A stretch of 64,000 nt of DNA from an uncultured Acidimicrobiales bacterium (GCA_943788915.1 CALSSD010000008.1:186001-250000), one strand, 5' to 3'. Counted from the first letter of the stretch, positions 40,140-50,683 are shown. A program made the numbers and translations. Notes: generated by a model from the sequence alone, not told the origin.

Positions 40140-41187
40140 GTGAGCACTTCCTTGCCATTCGTGAATGGCCCCATCGAGATCATCGGTTGTCAAGCCGAAG
40201 GCGAGGTCGGCGATGTCATCGTTTCCGGCATCGACCCACCTCCTGGCGCGACACTGTGGGAACAACGAAGCTGGATTGACGCTGACCAGCGACTACGCCA
40301 GCACGTCCTCAACGAACCTCGTGGTGGTGTCTTCAAACATGTGAACCTGTTGGTGCCGGCCATCGACCCTCGAGCCGATATCGGCTTCATCATCATGGAG
40401 CCGGCGCACACGCCGCCGATGTCCGGCTCGAACAGCATCTGTGTCGCGACCGTGGTGCTGGAGACCGGCATCGTGCCGATGATCGAACCCATGACCACGC
40501 TCGTGCTTGAAGCTCCAGGCGGTCTGGTCGAGGTCACGGCAACGTGCGCCAACGGCAAGGTCGAGAAGGTGACGGTGCGTAATGTGCCGGCGTTTGTCGC
40601 CCAGCGGGACACACAGCTTGAGGTGCCTGGTTTCGGTACGTTGCGCGTCGACACCGCGTTCGGAGGTGACAGCTTCGTGATGGTTGATGCCGCAGACGTT
40701 GGCATCGACATCATTCCTGACAACGGTCGCGAGCTGGCGCGCCTTGGCACCGAACTGATCCAGGCAGCGAATGAACAGCTGGTGTTCTCACACCCGACAA
40801 CTGACTGGCGGCACTTCTCATTCAGCCAGATCGCGGGGCCACTCGAGCAACTCGACGACGACACCTACGCAATGCGTAACACCGTGGTCATCGAACCCGG
40901 CAAACTCGACCGGTCCCCCACCGGCACCGGCGTCTCGGCTCGTATGGCACTTCTCCATGCGCAAGGGTTGATGCAGGTGGGCGACACGCTGCGAGATGCG
41001 GTCGGTCATCGACAGCCAGTTCGTCGGCCACATCGAGTCGGCCACGACCGTGGGTGACCTGCCAGCGATCGTGCCACTGATCTCTGGCACCGCGTGGCGC
41101 ACCGGCCGGTTCACCTTCGAGCTCGACCCTTCGGACCCGTGGCCGCTCGGCTACCGAGTCACCGACACCTGGGGCACCGGCCAATAA
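40140..41187 (+). CDS. Proline racemase family protein with a Ser/Thr dyad (hydroxyproline dehydratase-like); frameshift near 40995
   Basis: [20 protein letters not shown]-terminus in ORF 40996-41187. Confidence 0.82.
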
Positions 41188-41228
41188 CCGCCGACAACCA
41201 CTCATCGAACCACTGCAGAGGTACACCT

Positions 41229-41612
41229 ATGGCTGACTACTCCGATCTCATGGACCGATTCCGGGCCGCCTATGTATCGGGCGAGCCGGACAAGCTGCGC
41301 ACCGTTCTGGCGCCCGGCTTCGAGTGGCACAACCATTACTTTCTACCCTCGGACCCTCGGCCTACTGGTCGGGTGTTGCATGGCATCGACGAGATGATCA
41401 TCGAGCTGTTGTGGCGGAAGGAAAACTGGAGCAACGTGCGCTTCGTTGGTCTTCGCGAGCAGTTCGCTCCCGGCCTCGTCACCCAGACCTTCACGATCTC
41501 GGGTATTGACCGAGGCACGCCGTTCGAGAACGCGGCCGTCGACCTGTACACGGTGACTGACGACAACCTCATCGCCAAAAAAGACACGTACTGGAAGTAC
41601 GCCGGGGGATGA
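41229..41612 (+). CDS. NTF2/SnoaL-like protein
   Basis: Length and pattern (RFRAAY..., AVDLYTV, IAKKDTYWK). Confidence 0.7.
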   Translation: MADYSDLMDRFRAAYVSGEPDKLRTVLAPGFEWHNHYFLPSDPRPTGRVLHGIDEMIIELLWRKENWSNVRFVGLREQFAPGLVTQTFTISGIDRGTPFENAAVDLYTVTDDNLIAKKDTYWKYAGG

Positions 41613-43110
41613 CTACCAGAGAATGAGGACTACAAGGACCAGCAAGGACTAGCGTACGGAGTTCGTGTTTCTTGACCTTGCCGAGCGCGGTGCGGGGCAA
41701 GGCGTCGACCACCCTGATGCGACGCGGTTGCTTAAAACGAGCCAGACGCTCGTCGCACCACTCGCGAAGATCAGAGAGTTCGAGCGCTGCGCCGGGGGTA
41801 AGGACGATCACTGCCACTGGCACTTCGCCCCATTGGTCGTCACCCTCACCGACGACCGCCACTTCGGCGATTGCCGGGTGTTGTGCCAACACCGGTTCGA
41901 GCTCGGCGGGATAGATGTTTTCGCCACCAGAAATCACGACATCTTTGATGCGATCCGAGATGTAGATATATCCGCGGTCGTCTCGGTAGCCGACGTCACC
42001 GGTTCGAAACCAGCCGCCGGGTGCGAACGCATCTTCCGTCGCCTGGCTGTTACCCCAATAGCCGGTGAAGATGTTCGGACCACGTAGCCACAACTCCCCT
42101 GGCTCGCCGTCGACAACATCGACGCGACCAGGCCCGACCAACCGCAGCTCGGTGTGGGCAGCGGCTTTCCCGCATGATCCGATGTTGGCTGCAGCCTCGT
42201 CGTAACCAAGAACGACCGCCGTCGGACCGGTCTCGGTGGTGCCATAGACCTGACCCACGGGTACGCCTCGGTCGAAGAATGGCTGCATCACTGCGGCCGA
42301 GACAATCGACGAACCCGTATTGATGCCTCGAAGGGACGACAAGTCGGTGTCATCGAAGTTCGGCTGGGCGGCAACCGCGCTGAGCATGGCAGGCACAAGC
42401 AGGGTTTGGGTGACGCTGTACTTCTCGATTTGGGACAACACCGCGGCGGGGTCGAATCGTCGTTGGAGCACAACCTGGCCACCGGCATACAGCGTCGGCA
42501 ACGTCTGGATATTCAGGCCACCTACGTGGAACGTGGGCAGCGGCGCGATGATGCAATCGTCGCCGGTGATGCCTTGATGATCGATGCTGTTCAGCACGGT
42601 GTACCGCATCGCGTCGTGGCTCAACATGGCACCCTTGGCCTGTCCGGTCGTACCCGAGGTGTAGACCATGAGGACGGTCGTCTCTGGGCCAATCGTTGCT
42701 GGGGCAAGCGGATCATTGTTCGTCGCCACCAACGGGTCGACGTCGAGATTGTGGACGACAGACCCGGGTGATGCCTCGGTGAGCAGTCCCTCGAAACCAT
42801 CGGTGGCCATCAGGATCGCGGGTGTGCAATCGGCGATCTGGATCGCAAGCTCGTTGGCTGTCAACCGGTTGTTAAACGGCACGAAGATGGCACCGACGTG
42901 CGACGACGCAAACAGCAGCTCGAACAGTTCGACCCGGTTTAAGCCGCAGTAGCCGACACGATCACCCAGTTCGATGCCAGCTTCGACCAGCGAACGGGCC
43001 ACGACCTCGATCCGGCCGACGAACTCGGCATACGAGACGGCCTGATCCTCGAAGTGGAACGCCAGCCGATCCGTCTCCGCCCATGGCCGGATCCAATCGA
43101 CCAGGCTCAT
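41569..43110 (-). CDS. Long-chain fatty acid-CoA ligase family
   Basis: YTSGTTGQAKG, YGTTE, FRTGD, DRIKDVVISGGENIYP, PRTALGK. Confidence 0.9.
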   Translation of the reverse strand: MSLVDWIRPWAETDRLAFHFEDQAVSYAEFVGRIEVVARSLVEAGIELGDRVGYCGLNRVELFELLFASSHVGAIFVPFNNRLTANELAIQIADCTPAILMATDGFEGLLTEASPGSVVHNLDVDPLVATNNDPLAPATIGPETTVLMVYTSGTTGQAKGAMLSHDAMRYTVLNSIDHQGITGDDCIIAPLPTFHVGGLNIQTLPTLYAGGQVVLQRRFDPAAVLSQIEKYSVTQTLLVPAMLSAVAAQPNFDDTDLSSLRGINTGSSIVSAAVMQPFFDRGVPVGQVYGTTETGPTAVVLGYDEAAANIGSCGKAAAHTELRLVGPGRVDVVDGEPGELWLRGPNIFTGYWGNSQATEDAFAPGGWFRTGDVGYRDDRGYIYISDRIKDVVISGGENIYPAELEPVLAQHPAIAEVAVVGEGDDQWGEVPVAVIVLTPGAALELSDLREWCDERLARFKQPRRIRVVDALPRTALGKVKKHELRTLVLAGPCSPHSLVVIPRRTSSTCLFWR

Positions 43111-43172
43111 GGCTGCACGGCGCGCTGGGCGCAATCGACACGACTCACCGGGTGAGCTTATAGTCGGACACA

Positions 43173-44195
43173 ATGGCGACAGAAGAAGAGCCCCGCCGCC
43201 GCATGGAACGGCGCACGCCGGTATGGGAACCGCCAGCCGATGTGGTTGCACTCATGGGCGACGTTTCCGGCAACGAGCTGAACGGCTGGGATGAGCCCGA
43301 CGTTCGACAGCCCACGCTGGTCATGTGGGCCAATCCAGCCAAACTGGCCCATGGTGCGGTGCAGGTTCGCATGACCGAAGAGTTCGTGGCCCATCCCGAA
43401 CTCCAAGGCGTATTGCGCATGAACGACCGTCATGAACCGGCCACCATCGCCGTCCAAAAGACAGAACGTTCGCCCGACGATTGGGTCGCTGCGCTGACCG
43501 CCTTTGCCGCAAGTCCACAGGGACATCATGTAGAGCTCGTTGGTGTTACACAACCCAGGGCTGAATGGTTCTTCGAAGGACGCTCCAGTGATCTCCCCTG
43601 GATCGTGCTGCTCGCGGTCGCCATGGATCATGACCAACTGGCAACCGCTCCAGAACACACATCCGCTATCGAGGTCCACCGCCAATACAACCGAGGCACA
43701 TCGGCGGCCCGAGCACTCGCCGACTGGTTCCGTGGCCAGGGTTTCCGAGCCGACGGCCATGGCGGGCCCGGTGCGGGGCCGATCCAGATGGTCCCCGCAG
43801 CCATTGAAGCTGGGCTGGGTGAACTCGGCAAACACGGGTCACTAATCAACCGGGAACTGGGTTCATCATTTCGACTCGCGGCGGTGTTAACCGACGCGCC
43901 ACTCAGGGCCAGCGCTCCTGACTCGTTCGGTGTCGATGACTTCTGCACTGGCTGCCGTATCTGCACCGACGCCTGTCCGCCCGATGCCATCGCCCCTGAC
44001 ATGCGACTCGTGCGGGGCGTGACCAAGTGGGCAGTCGACTTTGATCGATGCTTGCCGTACTTCGCCCAAAGCTACGGCTGTGGCATCTGTATCGCCGTGT
44101 GCCCATGGTCAACACCGGGTGCGGCGCCCCGTCTGGCCGAGAACATGTTGCGCAAGCAACAACGCCGCGAAAAGTTACCTCCCCAGGGGACGTAA
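43173..44195 (+). CDS. Reductive dehalogenase/QueG-like cobalamin and 4Fe-4S dicluster protein
   Basis: AGLGELGKHGSLI...FRLAAVLTD, FCTGCRICTDACP, KWAVDFDRC, CGICIAVCPW. Confidence 0.75.
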   Translation: MATEEEPRRRMERRTPVWEPPADVVALMGDVSGNELNGWDEPDVRQPTLVMWANPAKLAHGAVQVRMTEEFVAHPELQGVLRMNDRHEPATIAVQKTERSPDDWVAALTAFAASPQGHHVELVGVTQPRAEWFFEGRSSDLPWIVLLAVAMDHDQLATAPEHTSAIEVHRQYNRGTSAARALADWFRGQGFRADGHGGPGAGPIQMVPAAIEAGLGELGKHGSLINRELGSSFRLAAVLTDAPLRASAPDSFGVDDFCTGCRICTDACPPDAIAPDMRLVRGVTKWAVDFDRCLPYFAQSYGCGICIAVCPWSTPGAAPRLAENMLRKQQRREKLPPQGT

Positions 44196-44200
44196 CTTTG
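44170..44200. repeat. REP-like family A copy 2 (overlaps the stop of the Fe-S gene)
   Basis: aaaagttacctcccc-a-ggggacgtaactttg. Confidence 0.8.
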
Positions 44201-44252
44201 CAGATGACTAACCCCTTGACCGCACGTAACGATGGGGTTTTAGGGTTGCCAC

Positions 44253-44636
44253 ATGTCTTCTTTTGACCAGCTTCCCACCGAGGTTCAAGCGGCACTCGCG
44301 ACCGACATGACGATCGACATAACCACGATCGGTCGACGCAGCGGTGAGTCCCGCCGCATTGAGATCTGGTTCCTGAACGTCGACGGCGTGATCTACATCA
44401 CCGGTACTCCGGGACCCCGCGATTGGTTTGCGAATCTGGCAGCGGACCCGTCGTTGATCTTCCATCTCAAAGAGTCGGTGGTCGCCGACCTACCCGCCAC
44501 TGCGACCATTGTCGACCAGCGCGACGAACGAGCGAGCGTCTTTCACGCACCCAGTGCAGCGTGGTACCTCAACCAGGGCGACAGCTTCGACTCATTGCTC
44601 GCCCATGCGCCAATGGTGCGGTTGGATTTCGACTAG
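44253..44636 (+). CDS. Deazaflavin (F420)-dependent nitroreductase family
   Basis: ITTIGRRSGESR, DWFANLAADP. Confidence 0.75.
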   Translation: MSSFDQLPTEVQAALATDMTIDITTIGRRSGESRRIEIWFLNVDGVIYITGTPGPRDWFANLAADPSLIFHLKESVVADLPATATIVDQRDERASVFHAPSAAWYLNQGDSFDSLLAHAPMVRLDFD

Positions 44637-44639
44637 CAG

Positions 44640-45498
44640 CTAACTTGCGCTGCGTTCTGCGGCGGCAACGGTGTTCGCCATAAGCAGCGTGCGGGTCATC
44701 GGTCCCACGCCGCCAATGCGAGGTGACAACCAGCCAGCGATCTCCTCGACAGATTCATCGAACATCGCTCACCAGCTTGGGACCCTCGAAACTCACACCA
44801 GCGGCAACAACAGCAGCACCGGGTTTGACCATGTCGGCGGTAATCATCCGGGGGGCACCCGCGGCAGCGATCAAGATGTCGGCCTGACGGGTGTAGTGGC
44901 CGATGTCTTCGACACCGGTGTGCACCACGGTCACCGCAGCATTGGCCATGTCCCGCTTGAGCGCCATCAGGTTGGCCAACGGGCGACCGATCGTGAGGCC
45001 ACGGCCAACGATGACGACATGTTTGCCCTTCACCGGCACCTCGTAGTGCTTCAGCAGCAGCTGAATACCGGCAGGCGTGCAGGCAACCGGCGCGTCGACG
45101 CCCTGCACGAGTTTGCCCAGGTTCACCGGGTGGAGGCCGTCGGCATCCTTCTCGGGAAGAACCCGGATCAGCGCAGCCTCGTAGTCGAGACCCTTCGGAA
45201 ATGGGTACTGAATGATGTACGCATCGACCGATGGATCGTCGTTGAAGTCGTCGACCACCGCATCGATTTCATACTGACGAGCCGTAGCGGGCAGCCGCAC
45301 CTCGCGAGAGCCCATACCCAGCTCTTGCGAATCGCGATGTTTCATCGCCACATAGTTGGCCGACGGACCATCGTCGCCTACGAGCAGCGTGCCAAGGCCG
45401 GGCGTGATGCCCCGATCTGCCAAGGCTTCTATGCGGATGCGCAAGTCGTTCTTGATCTCTGCGGCGACCAATTCACCGTCGAGTTTGATCGCAGTCAT
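44640..45498 (-). CDS. folD: Bifunctional methylene-THF dehydrogenase/cyclohydrolase with a frameshift near 44761
   Basis: [26 protein letters not shown]-terminal GGVGPMT in the next frame. Confidence 0.9.
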
Positions 45499-45606
45499 GA
45501 GCTTCTTTCAAGAGTTGTCGCCGAAGGCGTTCGCAGTGAAAACTACCGCCGTCGGCCCACCCATTGATGCCAATGTTGATGACGAAGCAATATCAGTCGC
45601 TCACGC

Positions 45607-48324
45607 TCAGAGCGAACCAGCGGTCGTATAACCAATCAGCGGTTTCCCGAGCCAGCCACGAACCAGATTCCGGACAAAGGTTCGTACCGTTTCGAGCGCA
45701 ATGTAGAACGCAGGGAACGAGAGCAAGACGAGCACCGTAGAGCTGACAAGGCCGCCCATGAGGGTGAAGCCGAGTGACTCCCAGAATGGGTCTGCGAGTG
45801 ACAAGGGGAGCAGACCAGCGACGGTGGTGATCGTGGTCGCAACCAATGGACGGAAGCGACTGGTCACGGCCGAACCAATGGACTCGCCGATCCCGGTGCC
45901 GTTGCGTCGTTCCTGGTTCGCTGCATCGACTAGCAGGATCGTGTTGTTCACGGCCACACCAATGAGCGCGATGAAACCGACAACAGCCAGAAAGCTCAAT
46001 GGGTTATCACTCAGCATCAGCGCACCGAACACCCCGAAGAAGCTGAACGGAATCGCCAGGAAGATGAGCATCGACTGAGCGAGTGAGCGGAACTGGATGG
46101 TGAGCAACAGCAGCATGAGCGCGAGAGCAATAAGACCTGCGTACTGCAGACCTGCAAAGTCGTCCTGGTTATCTGACTCGAGACCGAAGTCGAAACCCAG
46201 CGCGTCGGGCGCAAGACCACGAGCTTCGAGAACGTCTCCTGGATAGTCCTCAGCAAGGAGTTCTTCGGTCGATGTCAAGATCCCTGAAATACCGCTGTCT
46301 TCGTCGTACTTGGCCCGAACTTCGATGTAACGAGCGCCATCGGTACGAGCAATCGAACCATCGGTCGAGATCCGAGCGTCGACGATGGTCACCGTCTCTG
46401 AGCCAGAAGGGAACTCCTGACCGACCAGGACCGTCTGCAGCTCGGAGGCGAACGCCTGTGCTGCCTCGACATTGTCATCATCGACACTGATCTGCATTGC
46501 GAAGGGGAACTCTTCTACCGGTGGGCCATTCTCTAGCTGGCCGATCGTGACCCGTGCACCTTCGATCCCGACAAGCCGCTCTTCGATCTGTTCGACGAAT
46601 TCGGGTGACTTTGTCGGGCGGCTGCCGATCGCTGTGAGATCGATGAAGGCCTGAACCAGCCGCTCATTACCGCGTGCATATTGGGCTCGTAGGAGATCTT
46701 CGCCAAGCACTTCGACAACTACCTCATCGATCTGAGCGGAGATGGCTTGGGCTTCGTCGATTGTGGTCCCAGCTGGAAACTCGGCGCTAAGGGACAAGCC
46801 AACGGAGTCCTTGCCCTGGGGAAAGATGCTGAAGCCGAGCCCACCGGCGAAGCCAAGGCCCGAACCGATAGCAAAGAAGGCGAAGAAGGCAAGGACCAAA
46901 CCAACAAGCCAGCCTTTCGGTCCGTTTCCTGATGGATACGCAGCCAGTCGACCAGCGGCGGCGGCAACCGACTTTTCGGCTCGAATGATCGGGTTGTTTG
47001 GCTTCTGGCCTTTGAGCAGGAAGAGCCGTCCGATTACCGGGATGAACACGACTGAGAACAGGAACGACAGCAGCAGCGTGATCATCACGGTCGCTGGAAT
47101 GGGTCGAATGAACTCGCCGAGGATGCCGCCAATGAACAACATCGGCGAGAACACGACAACCGTGGTGAGCGTGCCAGCGAACGACGCTGCGCCAACCCGG
47201 TCGATGGCTCGGCGAACAACACCGACAGACTTGATCTCTTCCGACGAGTCAGGCTCGTCTCTATTGGCGTCGATCGACTCGGATATCACGATGGCATCGT
47301 CGACCAGCAGCCCGAGCGTCAGAATCAGGCCGAATAGGGTGATCGTGTTGAGCGTGTAACCAACCGCCCACAGGCCGACGAGCGCCCCCATCAGCACCAG
47401 TGCCATGAAGCCAGCGGTTAACACAGCAACTCGCCAACCAATGAGCAGCAGGCTCACTGCGGCGACGGCGAGCAGGCCGGAAAGCAGATTGCGGGTCAAC
47501 GACGAGATCTGCTGGCGGACACCGGTAGCAAAGTCGGCGGTGATCTCTGCTTGGAAGCCGTCGGCGAGCGGGGAATCAGCAGAGTCAAGGCGGTCCTGCA
47601 CGAGATCGGTGAAGCCCAAGACATCGAGGCTCGATGTGTCGTTGCGGACCACGCCCACAGCGATGGCTTCCCTGAAGTCGCCGGGGCCGAGCGCAACCCG
47701 AGTGAAACGAGTGAGACGGGTCTCCTCTTCGCCGGTGTCCGGGTCGATGGAATCGGTCAGCAGATCGCGGACGACCGCTTCAGAAATGTCGCCGATGCCA
47801 TCAAGGTAGACAGCCAGTGCGGAGGCTTGTTGTTGGAGTTGTTCGGGGGAGGCATCGGCCGGGCCAACGACCGAAACGAGCAGGTCGTAACTGTCAATGA
47901 ACTTGGCTGCGTTGACCGATCGGTAGTCGGCTTGGGCGCCCGGCGGGAGTCCAATGTTCAGTGCGGCAAGTCGCTCTGTACCAATGGAACTGTCGACCGA
48001 ACTTTCGAACTCGACGAAAACCAGAAACGAGCTGGGTCGCGCTTGGGTTTGCACTTCGATGACGTCGGGGACGCCGACGAATGCTTCTGCCAATGGCACG
48101 GTGACCTCAGCATCAACAGCGTCGGCGTCGTCGACGAAGTAGGTGCCAGTGACGATCGCTATTGGCGTGTTGATCGGAGGGAAACCCTCTCGGTCTAGAC
48201 CAAAGCCGTACGCGGACACGCCAGCGATGAGCAACATGACCATGAATCCGAGCGTGATCTGCCACCGTCGGGTTGCCGACGTAGCAATAGACGTAATCAC
48301 AGAACGACGCGGTTCCGCAGCCAT
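45607..48324 (-). CDS. RND (AcrB/CusA-like) efflux permease
   Basis: GLLVDDAIVISE, GEFIRPI, GVAVNNTILL, RFRPLVATT. Confidence 0.88.
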   Translation of the reverse strand: MAAEPRRSVITSIATSATRRWQITLGFMVMLLIAGVSAYGFGLDREGFPPINTPIAIVTGTYFVDDADAVDAEVTVPLAEAFVGVPDVIEVQTQARPSSFLVFVEFESSVDSSIGTERLAALNIGLPPGAQADYRSVNAAKFIDSYDLLVSVVGPADASPEQLQQQASALAVYLDGIGDISEAVVRDLLTDSIDPDTGEEETRLTRFTRVALGPGDFREAIAVGVVRNDTSSLDVLGFTDLVQDRLDSADSPLADGFQAEITADFATGVRQQISSLTRNLLSGLLAVAAVSLLLIGWRVAVLTAGFMALVLMGALVGLWAVGYTLNTITLFGLILTLGLLVDDAIVISESIDANRDEPDSSEEIKSVGVVRRAIDRVGAASFAGTLTTVVVFSPMLFIGGILGEFIRPIPATVMITLLLSFLFSVVFIPVIGRLFLLKGQKPNNPIIRAEKSVAAAAGRLAAYPSGNGPKGWLVGLVLAFFAFFAIGSGLGFAGGLGFSIFPQGKDSVGLSLSAEFPAGTTIDEAQAISAQIDEVVVEVLGEDLLRAQYARGNERLVQAFIDLTAIGSRPTKSPEFVEQIEERLVGIEGARVTIGQLENGPPVEEFPFAMQISVDDDNVEAAQAFASELQTVLVGQEFPSGSETVTIVDARISTDGSIARTDGARYIEVRAKYDEDSGISGILTSTEELLAEDYPGDVLEARGLAPDALGFDFGLESDNQDDFAGLQYAGLIALALMLLLLTIQFRSLAQSMLIFLAIPFSFFGVFGALMLSDNPLSFLAVVGFIALIGVAVNNTILLVDAANQERRNGTGIGESIGSAVTSRFRPLVATTITTVAGLLPLSLADPFWESLGFTLMGGLVSSTVLVLLSFPAFYIALETVRTFVRNLVRGWLGKPLIGYTTAGSL

Positions 48325-48568
48325 AACTTCTCCCTCGTCACCGCGCTGCATTGGGGATGCGGTGGTGTGCACAAGTGCTTCCTAAACGCTACTCAGTCGT
48401 AGCTTTCGGCAACGCGCTCTTCGACAGGTTCCATCTGAGCCAGATGTCACAGCCTGCTCCCATGTGTGTGCTCGTTCCGAGCCCCAAAAGAAGGATCTCC
48501 ACCGCCCACGTGCGCGAGTTTCGAGCCCCCAGGCGAGAAACTCGGTTAGTGAGCGCAGCGAACGGCGA

Positions 48569-49231
48569 CTATCCGTGGGCATCGGTGCCGGCCAGACCGA
48601 CTACGGCCGGAGAAGGCACAATGCCGTCGTTGAGGTCGGCTGCGTCGATGGGCTCACCCCATGTGCTGGTTAGCGGCACGACACCGGCCCAGTGGGGGCC
48701 AGCGATGTCTTCGGCGTCGTCGATTGGGTCCCCGCCGCGAATCTTTGCTGACGCTTCGGTCAGTGGCACCGACAGCACTAAGGTTTGTTTGTAGTCGATC
48801 TTGCTTGGGGGGCGTGCGGTGTCCCAGATCGGCGCAATGTGATCGTTGATGACCTTGAGTGCATCGGCCTGATCGGCAGGGTCAGTAACTGGTGACGCTA
48901 GACCTCGGATGACCACTGAGCGATAGTTCATCGAGTTGTGCAGTGGGCTCCGGGCCACAACGAGACCATCAACGATGGTCACGGTGATGCAGACATCGAT
49001 ACCTCGTCCGCCACGAAGCATGGCGTTGGCTATCGATCCATGGATCAGGATGTTGTCGCCCCGCACGCCGTAGGCCATCGGCAGCACGATGGGGCCGTCC
49101 TCAGTGGTGACACCAACGTGGGCGATCATGCCGGCTTGCAGAACCCCTCGGATCTCATCGGGGCTGTAGACGGCACGATTGGTGCCGCGCTTCATGGTCG
49201 TGCGGGCAGAGGCGGGGCCGTGTTCAGTCAT
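48569..49231 (-). CDS. Pyridoxamine 5'-phosphate oxidase-like flavin-binding protein
   Basis: IHGS, DGLVVARS..HNSMNYRSVV, SAKIR.G.P.D, WAGVVP. Confidence 0.85.
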   Translation of the reverse strand: MTEHGPASARTTMKRGTNRAVYSPDEIRGVLQAGMIAHVGVTTEDGPIVLPMAYGVRGDNILIHGSIANAMLRGGRGIDVCITVTIVDGLVVARSPLHNSMNYRSVVIRGLASPVTDPADQADALKVINDHIAPIWDTARPPSKIDYKQTLVLSVPLTEASAKIRGGDPIDDAEDIAGPHWAGVVPLTSTWGEPIDAADLNDGIVPSPAVVGLAGTDAHG

Positions 49232-49282
49232 CACAAATATCCTTGGTGTCATCCGCTTCGAAGAAGATTGAAACGGTCGCCC

Positions 49283-49306
49283 TGCACTAGTTATGTACTA
49301 GTACAT
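49283..49306. promoter_or_regulatory. Probable MocR operator in the divergent promoter
   Basis: Palindrome atgtactagtacat (49293-49306) plus direct half-site tgcactag. Confidence 0.6.
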
Positions 49307-49336
49307 TGCGCATTTCTAGCCGATACATTATGTGCC

Positions 49337-50644
49337 ATGACGGCCATCTCGGCAAGAACAATTCGTGCCGACATCGAAGCCCGTATTTCGTCTGGTGATC
49401 TCAATAGCGGTGATCGTCTGCCATCGGTGCGCATGCTTGCTGGGGAACTCAACGTCGCTCCAGCAACAGTGGCCGCGGCCTACCGCGAGCTCCGGCTGCG
49501 AGGGATGGTCAGCGGCCGAGGTCGGCAAGGCACAAGGGTGGCGCCGGCTCGCCGGGTGGCGCCGACTGTTCACGCCGAGCTCCCCGATGGCCTCATCGAT
49601 GCGATGTACGGCTCGCCTGACCCTGAACACTTGCCGCCGCTCGGACCGGCGCTCGAGTTTGCGGCGTCGCTCCCCCAGCCCCGATATGGCGGGCCCCTCA
49701 TTGCGCCGCTCCTCGCCGATGCCGCCCGATCCCGATTCGCCGCCGACGGCGTCGATGCCACCAACCTTGCGGTGACCTCCGGCGCCATGGACGCAGTCGA
49801 GCGGGTGTTGTCCGCGTTTGATCTTCGTATCGGCGATCGCATCGGTGTCGAGGACCCTGGCCATATTCCCGTCCACCAGATTGCACGTAGTGCCGGGCTT
49901 GAGCTCGTGCCATTGCCGGTTGATGAACATGGCATCACCCCTACTGGCCTCGAAGCCGCATTAACCAAAGGCCTTGCTGCAATTGTGGCCACTCCCCGAG
50001 CGCACAATCCGACCGGGGCCGCATTCACTGCTGAACGAGCACAAACGCTGACCAACTTGCTGGCACGTCATCCGGCCACCGCACTCATTCAGGACGACCA
50101 TGCCGGCTTAGTTGCGGGAGTCGACTATCACCCGCTTGCCCCACCTGGGCAGCGATGGGCCACCATGCGTTCGCTCGGCAAGTCGTTTGGTCCAGACGTA
50201 CGGGTTGCGCTCGTCGTCGGCGACGAACAGACGATTCACCGGGTCAGCGTCGGGCTCAGCAATGGTCCGGGGTGGGTGAGCTTCATCCTTCAGCGGGCCG
50301 CTGCGTTCCTGCTCCAGGACCCGGCCACCACCGCGTTGCTGGCCGAAACCGCCGCCAGTTATGCCCGGCGACGAAATCTACTCATCGATGCGCTCGCCGA
50401 CTACGGCGTGCAAGCCAGCGGTGCGTCGGGTCTCAATGTGTGGATACCAACGTCGCAGGAGCAGCCAGCAATCGCTGCTGCCCGCAGCGCCGGGTATGCC
50501 ATCCGGTCCGGGACTCCGTATCAGATCGTGCCAAAACAAGCCGTACGAGTGACCATTACCAATCTCAGCGACGCCCACATTGCCGAGATCGCCAAAGCGA
50601 TTGGCACCTCACATCGCTCACAACCCTTCGCAGCGTCGATGTAA
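49337..50644 (+). CDS. MocR/GabR family regulator (GntR HTH plus PLP aminotransferase domain)
   Basis: LPSVRMLAGELNVAPATVAAAY, EDPG, HNPTG, RSLGK. Confidence 0.92.
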   Translation: MTAISARTIRADIEARISSGDLNSGDRLPSVRMLAGELNVAPATVAAAYRELRLRGMVSGRGRQGTRVAPARRVAPTVHAELPDGLIDAMYGSPDPEHLPPLGPALEFAASLPQPRYGGPLIAPLLADAARSRFAADGVDATNLAVTSGAMDAVERVLSAFDLRIGDRIGVEDPGHIPVHQIARSAGLELVPLPVDEHGITPTGLEAALTKGLAAIVATPRAHNPTGAAFTAERAQTLTNLLARHPATALIQDDHAGLVAGVDYHPLAPPGQRWATMRSLGKSFGPDVRVALVVGDEQTIHRVSVGLSNGPGWVSFILQRAAAFLLQDPATTALLAETAASYARRRNLLIDALADYGVQASGASGLNVWIPTSQEQPAIAAARSAGYAIRSGTPYQIVPKQAVRVTITNLSDAHIAEIAKAIGTSHRSQPFAASM

Positions 50645-50683
50645 CGGTCTATCGATGCAACGGTCTATCGATGCAACGGTCTA
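50636..50683. repeat. 16-bp tandem repeat x3 spanning two convergent stop codons
   Basis: tcgatg(t/c)aacggtcta x3. Confidence 0.9.

Noticed and set aside
48500..48568. Hairpin with gagcgcagcgaac after the PNPOx-like gene
   Set aside because: Loosely resembles the 21.2-kb insert spacer, but is too short and degenerate to call the same element
48938..49336. N-terminal extensions of the MocR, dehydratase, NuoF-like and Fe-S ORFs in the track
   Set aside because: They overlap neighbouring genes; motif-supported starts lie downstream
50636..50683. 16-bp x3 repeat as CRISPR
   Set aside because: Contiguous tandem units with no spacers
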